Source of the DNA: a virus
Virus record (IMG/VR): IMGVR_UViG_3300030616_000016
Span: 70,561 to 134,560 of that record
Reading direction: 5' to 3' (one strand)
Length of the DNA: 64,000 bases
The notes beneath the pieces were generated by a model. It searched no databases. It saw only the letters and a list, made by a program, of their open reading frames with translations, and was not told where the DNA came from. The position numbers and the translations under genes are program-made. Shown here in pieces: positions 47,785 through 57,439 of the stretch; within the stretch, counting starts at the first letter, position 1; every line of letters begins with the position of its first letter.

Positions 47785-48108
47785 TTAGTATTCTATAATG
47801 ACTTCTGGCTGTTTATACTCATTTGTATCTTTGTTAGTTTTAACCGGCGGCAAGACATTAATGATCCTACCATATGTGTCTTTTACTGTGCGGCTCGCTT
47901 CAAATTCTTCTTGTGTTAGTTCATTGGGATTGCCATACTGTTTGACCCATCCATTATATAGCTGCTTAGCATTTCTTTCTCTTTTTTGTATGATGCTTTT
48001 GCTGCTTCTAAATGTACATATAATCATTGATGAAAGTATGCAGATTATCGCTAATAGTACTACTAATTCAATAAAGGCAAACCCTTTATTACACTTTAAT
48101 ATTTTCAT
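47785..48108 (-). CDS. prepilin-type N-terminal cleavage/methylation domain protein (ComGC-like pseudopilin, 107 aa)
   Basis: MKILKCNK-GFAFIELVVLLAIICIL is a basic leader followed by G|F, Glu at +5 and a hydrophobic helix, i.e. a class III signal peptide. Confidence 0.6.
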   Translation of the reverse strand: MKILKCNKGFAFIELVVLLAIICILSSMIICTFRSSKSIIQKRERNAKQLYNGWVKQYGNPNELTQEEFEASRTVKDTYGRIINVLPPVKTNKDTNEYKQPEVIIEY

Positions 48109-48119
48109 GATATCTCCTG

Positions 48120-48488
48120 TTAGTCAATGTACCCATTTTTCTTAAAGCTAACTAATACTATCTTATTTTTCTCGCGATCATGTTGAAGCTTGATGTATAC
48201 TTTGGTATTACCTATTACTGTTTTGTATACATCCATATATTTTCTTACGTATAGATTTGCTTTTGTTGCATAAGCAAAATCTGGCTCTTTTAAGTTGAGC
48301 AGAGTTTCTACAACTTGGCTTTTTGAAAAGCTAAAGTCTTTTTGCGCATGATATCTCGCATCTCTTAATATCATATATCTATCATTCTTAATGAGAGTTT
48401 TTGCGCCTTCTAACTCAATAGAAGGCATGGCTCTCCTTTTTATGACAGGGAGATCTATGTCATTATTATTTGCTAAAGATACTTTCAC
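48120..48488 (-). CDS. hypothetical protein (122 aa)
   Basis: minus-strand ORF. Confidence 0.45.
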   Translation of the reverse strand: MKVSLANNNDIDLPVIKRRAMPSIELEGAKTLIKNDRYMILRDARYHAQKDFSFSKSQVVETLLNLKEPDFAYATKANLYVRKYMDVYKTVIGNTKVYIKLQHDREKNKIVLVSFKKNGYID

Positions 48489-48516
48489 TGGTCATTACTC
48501 CTCTGACAAAAAATGT

Positions 48517-48912
48517 TCATGGTAGTTCTGAATCGCAGCCGCAATTATTGCAAGCCTTATGCTTAATGTCTATATCTTGATTACCGCAATATTTGCATCT
48601 TATTACTTCAAGATCCTCAATTGATACATTTAGGTATAGAATTGTTTCTCCATCTGATACTGCAAATCCGCCTACATTCTCTGAATTTATCACATTAAGT
48701 TCATCTTTTACTATATCGACTCCTACAATATTTAGTGTCTTACCACGAAATATATCCACATAACAAGGCCCACAAATTGATGATTGTGAGACACAACCAT
48801 TTTCATCTATGTCAGCATGTCTTGCAGTTAAATTATATTCTTCATGTTCACCTATATTTAAGAATACAGGTGTTTTGTTAATATATGCCCGAACTGCCTC
48901 TTTGAACGTCAT
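48517..48912 (-). CDS. zinc-ribbon paralog family member (RCKYCGNQDIDIKHKACNNCGCDSELP)
   Basis: family signature; N-terminal MTFKEAVRAY. Confidence 0.5.
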   Translation of the reverse strand: MTFKEAVRAYINKTPVFLNIGEHEEYNLTARHADIDENGCVSQSSICGPCYVDIFRGKTLNIVGVDIVKDELNVINSENVGGFAVSDGETILYLNVSIEDLEVIRCKYCGNQDIDIKHKACNNCGCDSELP

Positions 48913-49036
48913 GATTTATCCTCACGGTCTTTAAAGATTATCAATAGTATTTTTAGCGAAATAACATACAGTATGAGAATACCTAGAAATAGCTTTAACC
49001 ATAGAAATAGCATCGAATATTCTTCTCGATAGTATA

Positions 49037-49381
49037 TTATTTCGCTTCACGGACATCAATCCCAAGTTTGTCTTTAATCCACTTTGCAACAAGATGTCTG
49101 TGACAAAACTTCGTTGATCCTTCCCAGCATAATAGTATGGGTTCGCCGTCTACTAGCTCATGAATTTCATCATAAACTTCAGCGGCATTTAATTTACTTA
49201 GAATCTTGTCGTATTCTCGTACATAGGCTATTTTATCCAAGTTTCTTCTATAGGACTGTAATAATTCTTGTGATGGAGCTAATGTACGATATGTTGAGCC
49301 TATATAGAATTTTGGAGGAAATAGCGCTATAGACACTGCATCTGGATGAGTACCATAATTTCTGAAGTATGAAGTTTTCAA
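49037..49381 (-). CDS. DUF488-like protein
   Basis: ILLCWEGSTKFCHRHLVAKWI matches the LLC.E....CHR motif of DUF488. Confidence 0.4.
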   Translation of the reverse strand: MKTSYFRNYGTHPDAVSIALFPPKFYIGSTYRTLAPSQELLQSYRRNLDKIAYVREYDKILSKLNAAEVYDEIHELVDGEPILLCWEGSTKFCHRHLVAKWIKDKLGIDVREAK

Positions 49382-49617
49382 TTATCTTCTCCTTTGCTTT
49401 TATTATAATAGTATCTGTAAGCTTCTGTGGCTAATGCGCTCATCATAATTAGTGTGGAAGAACGATTGATATCATTTATTCTTATGAACTCATCAGTGAG
49501 CATACGTAATTTGCAATCGCCAATTTCTCCCTTATCTCTTAGAGTTTCATAATTAGATAGCAGTTCTTTTCTATCTTCGTCTGTCATTTCACCAATATAT
49601 TCTTCCATACTCATTAT

Positions 49618-50052
49618 TTAATCTCCATTGAGAGTTTCTATTGCACGCTCTTTAATGATTTCTTTTACTTTGTCTTCTATCTCATCCATTTTATCTTCAT
49701 CAAGATTATTTGATTCTGGTTTACGAGGACAGCTTGATTCCCAGTCACATTCGAAATCTACTGCAGATTTATCTGGTTCAATTGTGTATGTAGCACGACC
49801 ATGATAATCTTGATATCTCCAATCAGTACTTACTGTCTGTACTGATTTATAATTGGAGAGTTTTACTGTATTATGCTCTCTTGCTTCTTGTATATCATCC
49901 TGGATTTGTTCTTGTGTAACAATCTTATAGATTTGAGTAATATACTTTTTATTACAAGAAGTTTTCATAGCTGCATCATGTATGGTTTCTGCTTCTATGA
50001 TCTCGCTTTGTCCATTACAGCATAATACCTCAAAATGTGCTTTATTACTCAT
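49618..50052 (-). CDS. hypothetical protein (144 aa)
   Basis: minus-strand ORF. Confidence 0.4.
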   Translation of the reverse strand: MSNKAHFEVLCCNGQSEIIEAETIHDAAMKTSCNKKYITQIYKIVTQEQIQDDIQEAREHNTVKLSNYKSVQTVSTDWRYQDYHGRATYTIEPDKSAVDFECDWESSCPRKPESNNLDEDKMDEIEDKVKEIIKERAIETLNGD

Positions 50053-50295
50053 TGCTTGTCCTCCTTCTCCATGAATTCAAGTGTATTGTAATCAATAGCT
50101 TTGAAGCCCTTCTCTTCGAATGTTTCCATATATTTAAGCTGGCGCTCAAGATCTTTCAACAAAGCTTGAGCATTTGCTCTAGGAGAGCCTTCTGCAGGTA
50201 TGTTCTTCTTAACAAGATCAATTTTATCTCTGAGCTTCTGCTTAAATACATTCCTGTGTTTCATTGTCTCAGGGATATTTACTTTATGTGGCATA

Positions 50296-51069
50296 TTACT
50301 CCCTTTCTAGACAGAATGTCTCCATCATGTGATTTTGAACTCCTCTGTATTGCCATTGAAAAGTACAATTGACTCCCTTAATCTTAGGAAACTCTCCAAC
50401 ATTTCTATCTTGTATTTTGCTATTTCTTGAGTCACTCTGAATAGTTATGAAAATTAACTTACAATCGCTTTTGTTCACGAGATGTTTGACTGAAGATATT
50501 CTTTGATGCGTTAGTGGACCATTATAATCTAAGTGTGCTACATCAATGTCTATACGACTACATTTCTTGAGAAATGAATCGACATTCTGGTTTATCAGTT
50601 TTACATCCTTACTTAGCTTGCTCTTTATCGAGTTTTCGCAGATTGTATATATACTGTTTTTCGCCTCAAAGGCTAGAATGTTGTATGTATCTACTCCAAC
50701 CATGTTATTAATTATTACTAATTCAGTTCCTAGGTATGGTAGACATAGAAATTTGATGCTTCTTAGTCCTTTTGAGTGAATAATATTGCCTATGCTAGTA
50801 ATGCTATACCGCTTACCTATTGTGGCATATTTATCATTATTAGCGTCAATATTATTCTTTTTCTTAATGATTGGAAGGTTGGTTCTAACTTTTGTTTTGA
50901 TGTTATGCAAATGTGTCTCAACAGTTCTTGGCTTTATATCAAGCTTAGCTGATATTTGAGGAATAGAAAGACCACGCATGAATAGATCAACATGTTCTTT
51001 TTCTCTCTTTGTAAACAAATGCTTTTTATTAGAGACATCTGACGGCAAATGAACTTTTGTCCTATTCAT
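50296..51069 (-). CDS. LuxR/FixJ-type HTH protein (N-terminal HTH) with a C-terminal domain of unknown function
   Basis: LFTKREKEHVDLFMRGLSIPQISAKLDIKPRTVETHLHNIKTKV matches the LuxR-type HTH. Confidence 0.5.
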   Translation of the reverse strand: MNRTKVHLPSDVSNKKHLFTKREKEHVDLFMRGLSIPQISAKLDIKPRTVETHLHNIKTKVRTNLPIIKKKNNIDANNDKYATIGKRYSITSIGNIIHSKGLRSIKFLCLPYLGTELVIINNMVGVDTYNILAFEAKNSIYTICENSIKSKLSKDVKLINQNVDSFLKKCSRIDIDVAHLDYNGPLTHQRISSVKHLVNKSDCKLIFITIQSDSRNSKIQDRNVGEFPKIKGVNCTFQWQYRGVQNHMMETFCLERE

Positions 51070-51693
51070 CTGGATTCCTTTCTGCTGAAGTATCTCTATC
51101 TGGTCCTCTTACTATTGATCTTAAACTCCATGATTTAGACTGTGGACAGGTTACGAAATGGCTTGTAAAGCATTCTGTTAAATGCCACTTCCCATTTTTA
51201 TCTTTTGTCCAAGCTTTTATTGGATCGACATCTAATGGCATACGTTTGCCATTGGCTGTTGTGATCCATTTAATATTTGCTTCACATGTTCTGCATTTCT
51301 CATATCCCATATCTTTCTCCTATCTTTGTTCTAAAGTCCAAACAGTTTTCTGTCTGATCCTAGGTGATCAACTATTTCACGAGCTAATCTTCTAGTAACG
51401 AGAATACGTATCATATCATCATCTGCATATGGCTCCTTTCTTTCAAAGTTCAATTGAAGATGTTCTTCTTGTGTGCGCAGTGCAATGACTATTTCAGCAA
51501 ACCACGATTCCATTTTACTGACTTCCATTTTTGCTTTATGTAGCTCGGAACTCATCTCCCAACATTTTTTATTTAGCTTCTTTTCGAGCTCTGTTTTTGG
51601 TTTTTGATTATGACAGTTCATTTTTTTCCTTCCTGTTGGACAGAAATATATGGGGTCGGGCTCTATTCCCTTATGCTAAAATTATATGTTAGT

Positions 51694-51972
51694 TTACCAC
51701 CCTTCCAAAAAACCTAAATTTTCCCAATGGATGTTTTCTTCCTTGTCTTTTTTCCATCCTCGTACTACAGTAACTTTCCTAAACCACTTTGTTTTAAAGT
51801 TTATTGTTACCGGTAGTATGGCAAACCAAGTTTTTATTTCTATCTCTGTTTCATCTCTTTCAGGATCTAAAAATCTCGCCAGTTCCCATCTTTTATCAAT
51901 CATACATTCCATTATTGCGACTACTTGTTCCAACCATCGAGTTTCATTATTAGTTTTGCTCGTCGCTGGCAA
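51694..51972 (-). CDS. small hypothetical protein, paralog of 56787-57083 (shared TRWLE.V and WFA[IL]LPVTI motifs)
   Basis: paralogy seen directly. Confidence 0.4.
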   Translation of the reverse strand: MPATSKTNNETRWLEQVVAIMECMIDKRWELARFLDPERDETEIEIKTWFAILPVTINFKTKWFRKVTVVRGWKKDKEENIHWENLGFLEGW

Positions 51973-52128
51973 TAATGCAAACCAAGACTTAATTTCTACA
52001 TCACCACAAACAGGGGGGGTTTACGTTTACGCTTTATTCTCATTTCTCTTATATCCTTAACAAAAAAGTCAGTGGACCGGTTACTACTCAGACTACATCT
52101 TTACCTATTAATTCTATTGCTATGAACT

Positions 52129-52560
52129 TCATGTCTTGTCCTCTCGCCTAACTAAAAATGGCCCGCTTTGGTTATCCTTCACAAGCCTTTGTATTGTACC
52201 CTCGTCCAACTCAAAGCATTCCAAATTAGCCGATGTATGAGCAGACGGGACATGCGGAGCATAATCAGGATGTGATGACAAGCCCGCAGATGTTCTTAAA
52301 ATTCCCTTATCAAAAGGAAGCTCAAATACAGTAAAGTAACCATTATCGTTAGTAGCTTGTATTGCTTTTGATTGAGCTTGCTTCGAATTAAATCCGGTTG
52401 TTCTAACTTCATAATTAAAAATACAAAGCACATCACCAGATTTCAAGTCAGAAGCGTTATGTACTACAACCAAATTAAACTTATCTTGGATTTCTTTGCT
52501 AAAGTTAAAGCATCCTCCAGCTTCTACTATTTCATCAGACATTTTTGACTCCTTATCCAT
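52129..52560 (-). CDS. hypothetical protein (143 aa)
   Basis: minus-strand ORF. Confidence 0.45.
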   Translation of the reverse strand: MDKESKMSDEIVEAGGCFNFSKEIQDKFNLVVVHNASDLKSGDVLCIFNYEVRTTGFNSKQAQSKAIQATNDNGYFTVFELPFDKGILRTSAGLSSHPDYAPHVPSAHTSANLECFELDEGTIQRLVKDNQSGPFLVRREDKT

Positions 52561-52761
52561 TAAGGTCTTTGTGCCGGTGGTGCTATATCGGGCTTTGGTG
52601 TTTTAGGAGGCTCGTTTACACCACCTTTTTGATATGCCCTTCTTTAATTGGATGTACTTGTCCCAGCACCTCCTAGCCCCGCCCTGAGAATATAAACCTT
52701 GACTGGGCAAAACAAACCTGCTTCCCCTCAGGAAATCGAAAATCCCAGTCAAGGAGGTTAA

Positions 52762-54402
52762 TTACTTATCGAGATGCCATGAATCGAATTGCGCGGCTCT
52801 TCCTTCATGCCCACCAAAATGATTAACTTTTGCGACTCTACCAATATAATCATTTGGATTGTTCATAATTTGGATTACCTCTTCGCGGCTTCCCATACTT
52901 GAAGCTCCAATCTTAAATGGCTTGCCTGATTCTAGGCTTTCGAAATTGACAACGCCGGCTATTCCGCCTTTGTCACCTGGTTTAAGATTGACACTTGTTA
53001 CTTCCCAATCTGCCTCATCGTCCTTAAACTTGAACTTTCTTCCGTCATTAATAGAGGCGTTGGCAGGAACACCAACAAACCCTTCAATATCTCTATGTCT
53101 ATCGATATTGTTTATGTCTGCCTTTTCGGGTAATTTGATTAATCCGCCGCTTTTTGATACAAGAGACTTAAGTATGCTGTGATTATCAGACTGGCTGACT
53201 TCTCCAATAGACTTATTGTCTATTTTATCTGCCCGATATGCTCTTATCTCAGGTTTGATTGTTGGATCAAGGTTAGATCCATTGAGAATACCACCAATCT
53301 CATGCGCTTTGAGATATTTGCCATCTCTCTTAAAAGTAAGCTCGCCCATTGATAGCATCTTCTTGGAAGTCTTTATTTTCTCAATACCAGGAACTTTTGC
53401 GGTATATTCAATACGCTGACCAGTCTTCTTGCTAATTCTTGGAGACCAAAGCCTTGTGCCTTTGGGTCCGCTTTCAATATAAGCACTAGCACCGTCGTAT
53501 TTTATTCTTACATCACCATCTTTACCAACAATTCTTTTGAACTTATCAATATCCTGGTCATATGTTAGATGGAGCCTGTCTTTAACAGCCGGCGCGTTTG
53601 GTTTCTTAACTCCAAGACTAATAATAGGCACACTTCTATTATCATTCTTATCCATGATTTTATATAGATAGAGTTTTCTATTATTGATAATATGAGGCGC
53701 GCTTATCTCTAGTGAGTTCTCACTACCATGCATATATATTGTCTTAGATGAAACTACCTGTCTGGATTCGCCTGCTCCATAGCCTGTAGGCCCATTCTCT
53801 TCTCCTATCCAGGATGTTTCTGCATCCTTAGGAGAATGATCAAGATTTTGTGCCAGCCAGGCATTACCTTCAAATTCAGACCTGACAAGCTGCATGATTC
53901 TATCTTTAGTTGCTTCAGTAATAGAACCATCAGTATTTTTGCTTATCTTAAAATCTTGTGGAAGACGCTTCACAATACTAATGTTACCAATGTGTATATC
54001 TACATGGTTACCTGCCTTATTTGCTTCATGTAATATAATGACCATTTTGGTAAATTGCGCCTTAGCCTTAGTAAATTCATTTGTTCTTCCTGCAGATAGA
54101 TTGTTAGCAGAAGTAGGACGGCTTGTGTTTACAATTGATGTTAGCATTCTTGCACAAGACTTTGCACATGGTTTTCTTACTGCTTTATTGAACAACATAT
54201 TACCAATATGCTCAGGAAGCCTGTCTTTCTTGTATGCATCATACAACTTGTAAGCACTTCTGAATCTTCTGGCTCTACTAATTACTTTTGCAAGTCTTCT
54301 GCTCTTGAAAATGAGCGGACCTACAATTAGCTCTTCTGCTACTTCTCTATATAGAAATTCAGCGTCATGAGTTTTCTTCTCAACTCTCGCTAGAATGTTC
54401 AT
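52762..54402 (-). CDS. covalent nucleotidyltransferase-superfamily enzyme, probably an ATP-dependent DNA (or RNA) ligase, with an N-terminal extension of about 300 aa
   Basis: RIKYDGASAYIE (motif I KxDG), later IEGFVGV (motif IV-like), KFKFK (motif V-like), and a C-terminal OB-like region. The Arg of KxDGxR is absent. Confidence 0.5.
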   Translation of the reverse strand: MNILARVEKKTHDAEFLYREVAEELIVGPLIFKSRRLAKVISRARRFRSAYKLYDAYKKDRLPEHIGNMLFNKAVRKPCAKSCARMLTSIVNTSRPTSANNLSAGRTNEFTKAKAQFTKMVIILHEANKAGNHVDIHIGNISIVKRLPQDFKISKNTDGSITEATKDRIMQLVRSEFEGNAWLAQNLDHSPKDAETSWIGEENGPTGYGAGESRQVVSSKTIYMHGSENSLEISAPHIINNRKLYLYKIMDKNDNRSVPIISLGVKKPNAPAVKDRLHLTYDQDIDKFKRIVGKDGDVRIKYDGASAYIESGPKGTRLWSPRISKKTGQRIEYTAKVPGIEKIKTSKKMLSMGELTFKRDGKYLKAHEIGGILNGSNLDPTIKPEIRAYRADKIDNKSIGEVSQSDNHSILKSLVSKSGGLIKLPEKADINNIDRHRDIEGFVGVPANASINDGRKFKFKDDEADWEVTSVNLKPGDKGGIAGVVNFESLESGKPFKIGASSMGSREEVIQIMNNPNDYIGRVAKVNHFGGHEGRAAQFDSWHLDK

Positions 54403-54414
54403 GGTCTTTCTCCG

Positions 54415-54747
54415 TTAGTGTTGTGAGCCACAGCTTGAACACACGCGTGTATCTACTGAAACATCTCCCCCACAAAATTTGCATATAAAGTTCTTTGTAT
54501 CTTTTATGTTTTTGACACTGCACGACTCACATACGTTACTATATTTCGCTATTGTTTCTATATCTATGTTCTGTGGAACAAGGAATGCGACTATTTGTTC
54601 GTATTTCCCAGCAGTGTAGTAATCTTGACAGGTTATGCAAACGCATTCCTCGATGAACTGATATACATCATACTTATATGTATCAGGGTCTACCCATTTT
54701 TTGATTTTAATTAAGTCTCCTTGTATGAACTTTAGGTATGTCCTCAT
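54415..54747 (-). CDS. zinc-ribbon paralog family member (ICKFCGGDVSVDTRVCSSCGSQH)
   Basis: family signature. Confidence 0.5.
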   Translation of the reverse strand: MRTYLKFIQGDLIKIKKWVDPDTYKYDVYQFIEECVCITCQDYYTAGKYEQIVAFLVPQNIDIETIAKYSNVCESCSVKNIKDTKNFICKFCGGDVSVDTRVCSSCGSQH

Positions 54748-54756
54748 CTGAATCTC

Positions 54757-55230
54757 CTAAATACTTGTCTCACATCCGCAGTTCTTACAAACACCTTTTT
54801 GTATTTCATCGCTGCCACAGAATTCACAAATTGCTAATTTCGCATATCTAATCGATTCGGATATTAAAAAATATTTTGAACCATTTGATACTATAAAGCA
54901 ATCGGTAGGAAATAGTGCATCAACAGACTGTATGGTACAAATTTTATCTCTTATTAAGTCTTCCACAAGTACATCAAATAGTTCTGTGCTTCTAATTCCT
55001 TTTGCATCAGTAAGTGTTGTTTTCATAGGATATGAACGAGGTATATCGAATACGATTTTTAGCTTATGTTTTATGGCATGCATTGCTTCTTCTATGGTCA
55101 TAATATTATCCTTTGGAAATGATATTAGGCAGCAAGCTTCCATACTCCAGCTGAGGCGCCTGCTAATGCCCATGTAGAAGAAATGCCCATATATGTCAAT
55201 ATACTTGCTCCTCCAAGAGTGGAGAGGCAT
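54757..55230 (-). CDS. zinc-ribbon paralog family member (ICEFCGSDEIQKGVCKNCGCETSI); the start is probably an internal Met
   Basis: family signature. Confidence 0.5.
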   Translation of the reverse strand: MPLHSWRSKYIDIYGHFFYMGISRRLSWSMEACCLISFPKDNIMTIEEAMHAIKHKLKIVFDIPRSYPMKTTLTDAKGIRSTELFDVLVEDLIRDKICTIQSVDALFPTDCFIVSNGSKYFLISESIRYAKLAICEFCGSDEIQKGVCKNCGCETSI

Positions 55231-55355
55231 AGCAATGAGAATCCTTTCCAGTGATTAGCTATTCCTAAAAAGAAATTTTTTGCTGATGACACGAATGAGT
55301 TTGTAGTTCTTGTAATAAAGTCTTTCATCAATATACCTCTGATAAAATGTTAGTT

Positions 55356-55637
55356 TTAGTAATTTGCTATCTGACATAGTGTCACTGCAATAAGAGTTGT
55401 TACGACTATGGCGAAGCTTATTGACGCAAGTGAGCCGCATCCCATTAGATTTGTAAAGAAATATATGGCCGCGCCGCATCCTCCTCCAATAGCTCCATTC
55501 ATAAACTTCTGCATTTTTGTTAGTTTTCTTTTGTTATCGTACATGTTGGTTCTCCTAAGTATTAGTTTCACATCCACAATTGCAGCATACTTCATCTTGA
55601 ATCTCCTTACTGCCACAAAATTGACATTGTATTTCAT
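55356..55637 (-). CDS. small membrane protein with glycine-zipper (GAIGGGCGAAIYF)
   Basis: hydrophobic helices. Confidence 0.35.
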   Translation of the reverse strand: MKYNVNFVAVRRFKMKYAAIVDVKLILRRTNMYDNKRKLTKMQKFMNGAIGGGCGAAIYFFTNLMGCGSLASISFAIVVTTLIAVTLCQIANY

Positions 55638-55866
55638 AAGGAATTATATATCCTTCATCTACCCAGCGTCTGAGAGTAGTTGCTGTAATTGCGCTCCAGT
55701 TACTGCCACACCCTATTTCATTTAGATTACAATCTAGTCCAATCAGATAAAATGCAGCATCGCAAACGGAATGACGTTCTACTCTGAATATTTGTCCTGA
55801 ATTGCGCTCAATTTTATCTGTCCATTGCCATAGCTCACCAACTTGTGGCATTCTTGTTTCACTCAT
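55555..55866 (-). CDS. zinc-ribbon paralog family member (QCQFCGSKEIQDEVCCNCGCETNT)
   Basis: family signature; AGGAGG lies upstream of the ATG. Confidence 0.5.
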   Translation of the reverse strand: MSETRMPQVGELWQWTDKIERNSGQIFRVERHSVCDAAFYLIGLDCNLNEIGCGSNWSAITATTLRRWVDEGYIIPYEIQCQFCGSKEIQDEVCCNCGCETNT

Positions 55867-56038
55867 TTCTCCTCCTTAGATGACAGTGCGCAATATATGC
55901 CATATCTGCTATTACTCCTGCAAATAGTGAATTTGAGAAGTCGGCGCCAAGTGCCTTCATAAGAGAAAACATGATAAGTCCAATAACTGTTGCTATAAGA
56001 ATTTCCTTACTAGCATTATATGTTTCTTTAGAGCTCAT
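55859..56038 (-). CDS. small membrane protein (59 aa, MSSKETYNASKEILIATVIGLIMFSLMKALGADF...); not in the ORF track
   Basis: Manual translation; GGAG upstream; its stop overlaps the next gene's start (ATGAGTGA). Confidence 0.35.
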   Translation of the reverse strand: MSSKETYNASKEILIATVIGLIMFSLMKALGADFSNSLFAGVIADMAYIAHCHLRRRNE

Positions 56039-56089
56039 TATTATATCTCCTATTATTTGCTATGCATTTCTTGTCAAAAGTTGCCAAAA

Positions 56090-56312
56090 ACGTGTGCGTG
56101 CTTCTTGTTCCCATGCTATACGCCGGTCTTTTACGTCAGGGCCATCGCATTACACGTCTCAGATTTGTTCTGAGTGCGGCAAAAATGTCAAGAAATCGTT
56201 GTCCGCAAGAACCCACATATGCTCCTGCGGATTCGTTGCGAATCGAGATCACAACGCAGCGTTGAATATTTTGCGACTCGGGATGGAGTCGCTTGCAGCT
56301 TCGACTGCATAG
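56090..56312 (+). pseudogene. TnpB 3' remnant (zinc finger plus RuvC-III), frame-disrupted and GC-rich
   Basis: YTSQICSECGKNVKKSLSARTHICSCGFVANRDHNAALNILRLG; three overlapping short frames and no upstream TnpB portion. Confidence 0.55.
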
Positions 56313-56324
56313 ATGCTCGGCAAT

Positions 56325-56756
56325 TCATTGCCGAGAGCATTCACTTTTGCGTTCTTCTATAGGCATTTCTGAATTGCAGCCGCAATTTAAACATACATCC
56401 TTAATCTCATTATGCCCGCAGAATTTGCATATGGCAATAGACAGCTCACGTGGCTCGATAATTATATAGATATCTGATGTCCATTCTAAGATAACAAAGT
56501 CTATCTTCTCTCCATCATAACCCGTTTCTTTATAGACTCTTGCTATCTTCAATGGTTCGTGGTCTGCGCACTCAAGTGAGATACATAATAGCACGCCTTC
56601 TTCATCTACAATATAGCGTTCTTTATTATGTATTACATTTTGAGCCTTAAGCGCGGCAGGATTAAATGCATACCATGCATAATTATCATTAGGATCAACT
56701 ATAACCATAACCTTTAGTCCATTCTTGTAGCACTGCCTTACTTCTTTCAGTTTCAT
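56325..56756 (-). CDS. zinc-ribbon paralog family member (ICKFCGHNEIKDVCLNCGCNSEMP)
   Basis: family signature. Confidence 0.5.
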   Translation of the reverse strand: MKLKEVRQCYKNGLKVMVIVDPNDNYAWYAFNPAALKAQNVIHNKERYIVDEEGVLLCISLECADHEPLKIARVYKETGYDGEKIDFVILEWTSDIYIIIEPRELSIAICKFCGHNEIKDVCLNCGCNSEMPIEERKSECSRQ

Positions 56757-56786
56757 TATTTTTTCTCCAATATGGATTCACTTGTT

Positions 56787-57083
56787 CTAACTATCAATCG
56801 TAAAATCTATTGGATGGTGTATAGTATCGCCTCCTGGTTGTACTTTTGTGTCTTCTCTACTTTGTTGGTCTGTAAATTCGACATTGACCCATTTAAGAAA
56901 ACGCATTGGCTCATATGTAAAATCACTAAATGACATTAACTCCTGTGCCTCTTGAACTACTGTTACTCGTTCCAGCCATCGTGTTTCTTTAATGTTATTC
57001 TTACATATGGTTACTGGCAATAATGCAAACCATGATTTTACACGTCTATTGCCTTCTTTCATTTCTTTCTTTTGGAATCTCAC
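56787..57083 (-). CDS. small hypothetical protein, paralog of 51694-51972
   Basis: shared motifs. Confidence 0.4.
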   Translation of the reverse strand: MRFQKKEMKEGNRRVKSWFALLPVTICKNNIKETRWLERVTVVQEAQELMSFSDFTYEPMRFLKWVNVEFTDQQSREDTKVQPGGDTIHHPIDFTIDS

Positions 57084-57085
57084 GC

Positions 57086-57439
57086 TTAATCTCCTCTCAT
57101 TTCCTCAAGTAGGATATTCAGTGCTTCCCTAGCACGGTCTGTAAGCCATTGTTGGTCACATGACATACGTAATAATGTGCATTTCATCGGCTTTTCTTCG
57201 CTATACATCCATTCAATAAGCTCCTCTGCTTGCTCCCTGTCTGCAACCTCGACAGTCAGGTAAACAATTTTCTTTCTTGTAAGCATATCTACTATGCCGT
57301 TAAAAGTTTTCTCTGCTTGTTCAGGGTTCATCTGTATCACCGCCTTTCTTTGCCATAATCGATCTCCTATAGCGTTAATATAACAACTGTAGCGTATCCC
57401 CTTACATCTCCTTTCAATATACGATACCGTTAATGTCAA
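57086..57439 (-). CDS. hypothetical protein (117 aa)
   Basis: minus-strand ORF. Confidence 0.4.
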   Translation of the reverse strand: MTLTVSYIERRCKGIRYSCYINAIGDRLWQRKAVIQMNPEQAEKTFNGIVDMLTRKKIVYLTVEVADREQAEELIEWMYSEEKPMKCTLLRMSCDQQWLTDRAREALNILLEEMRGD

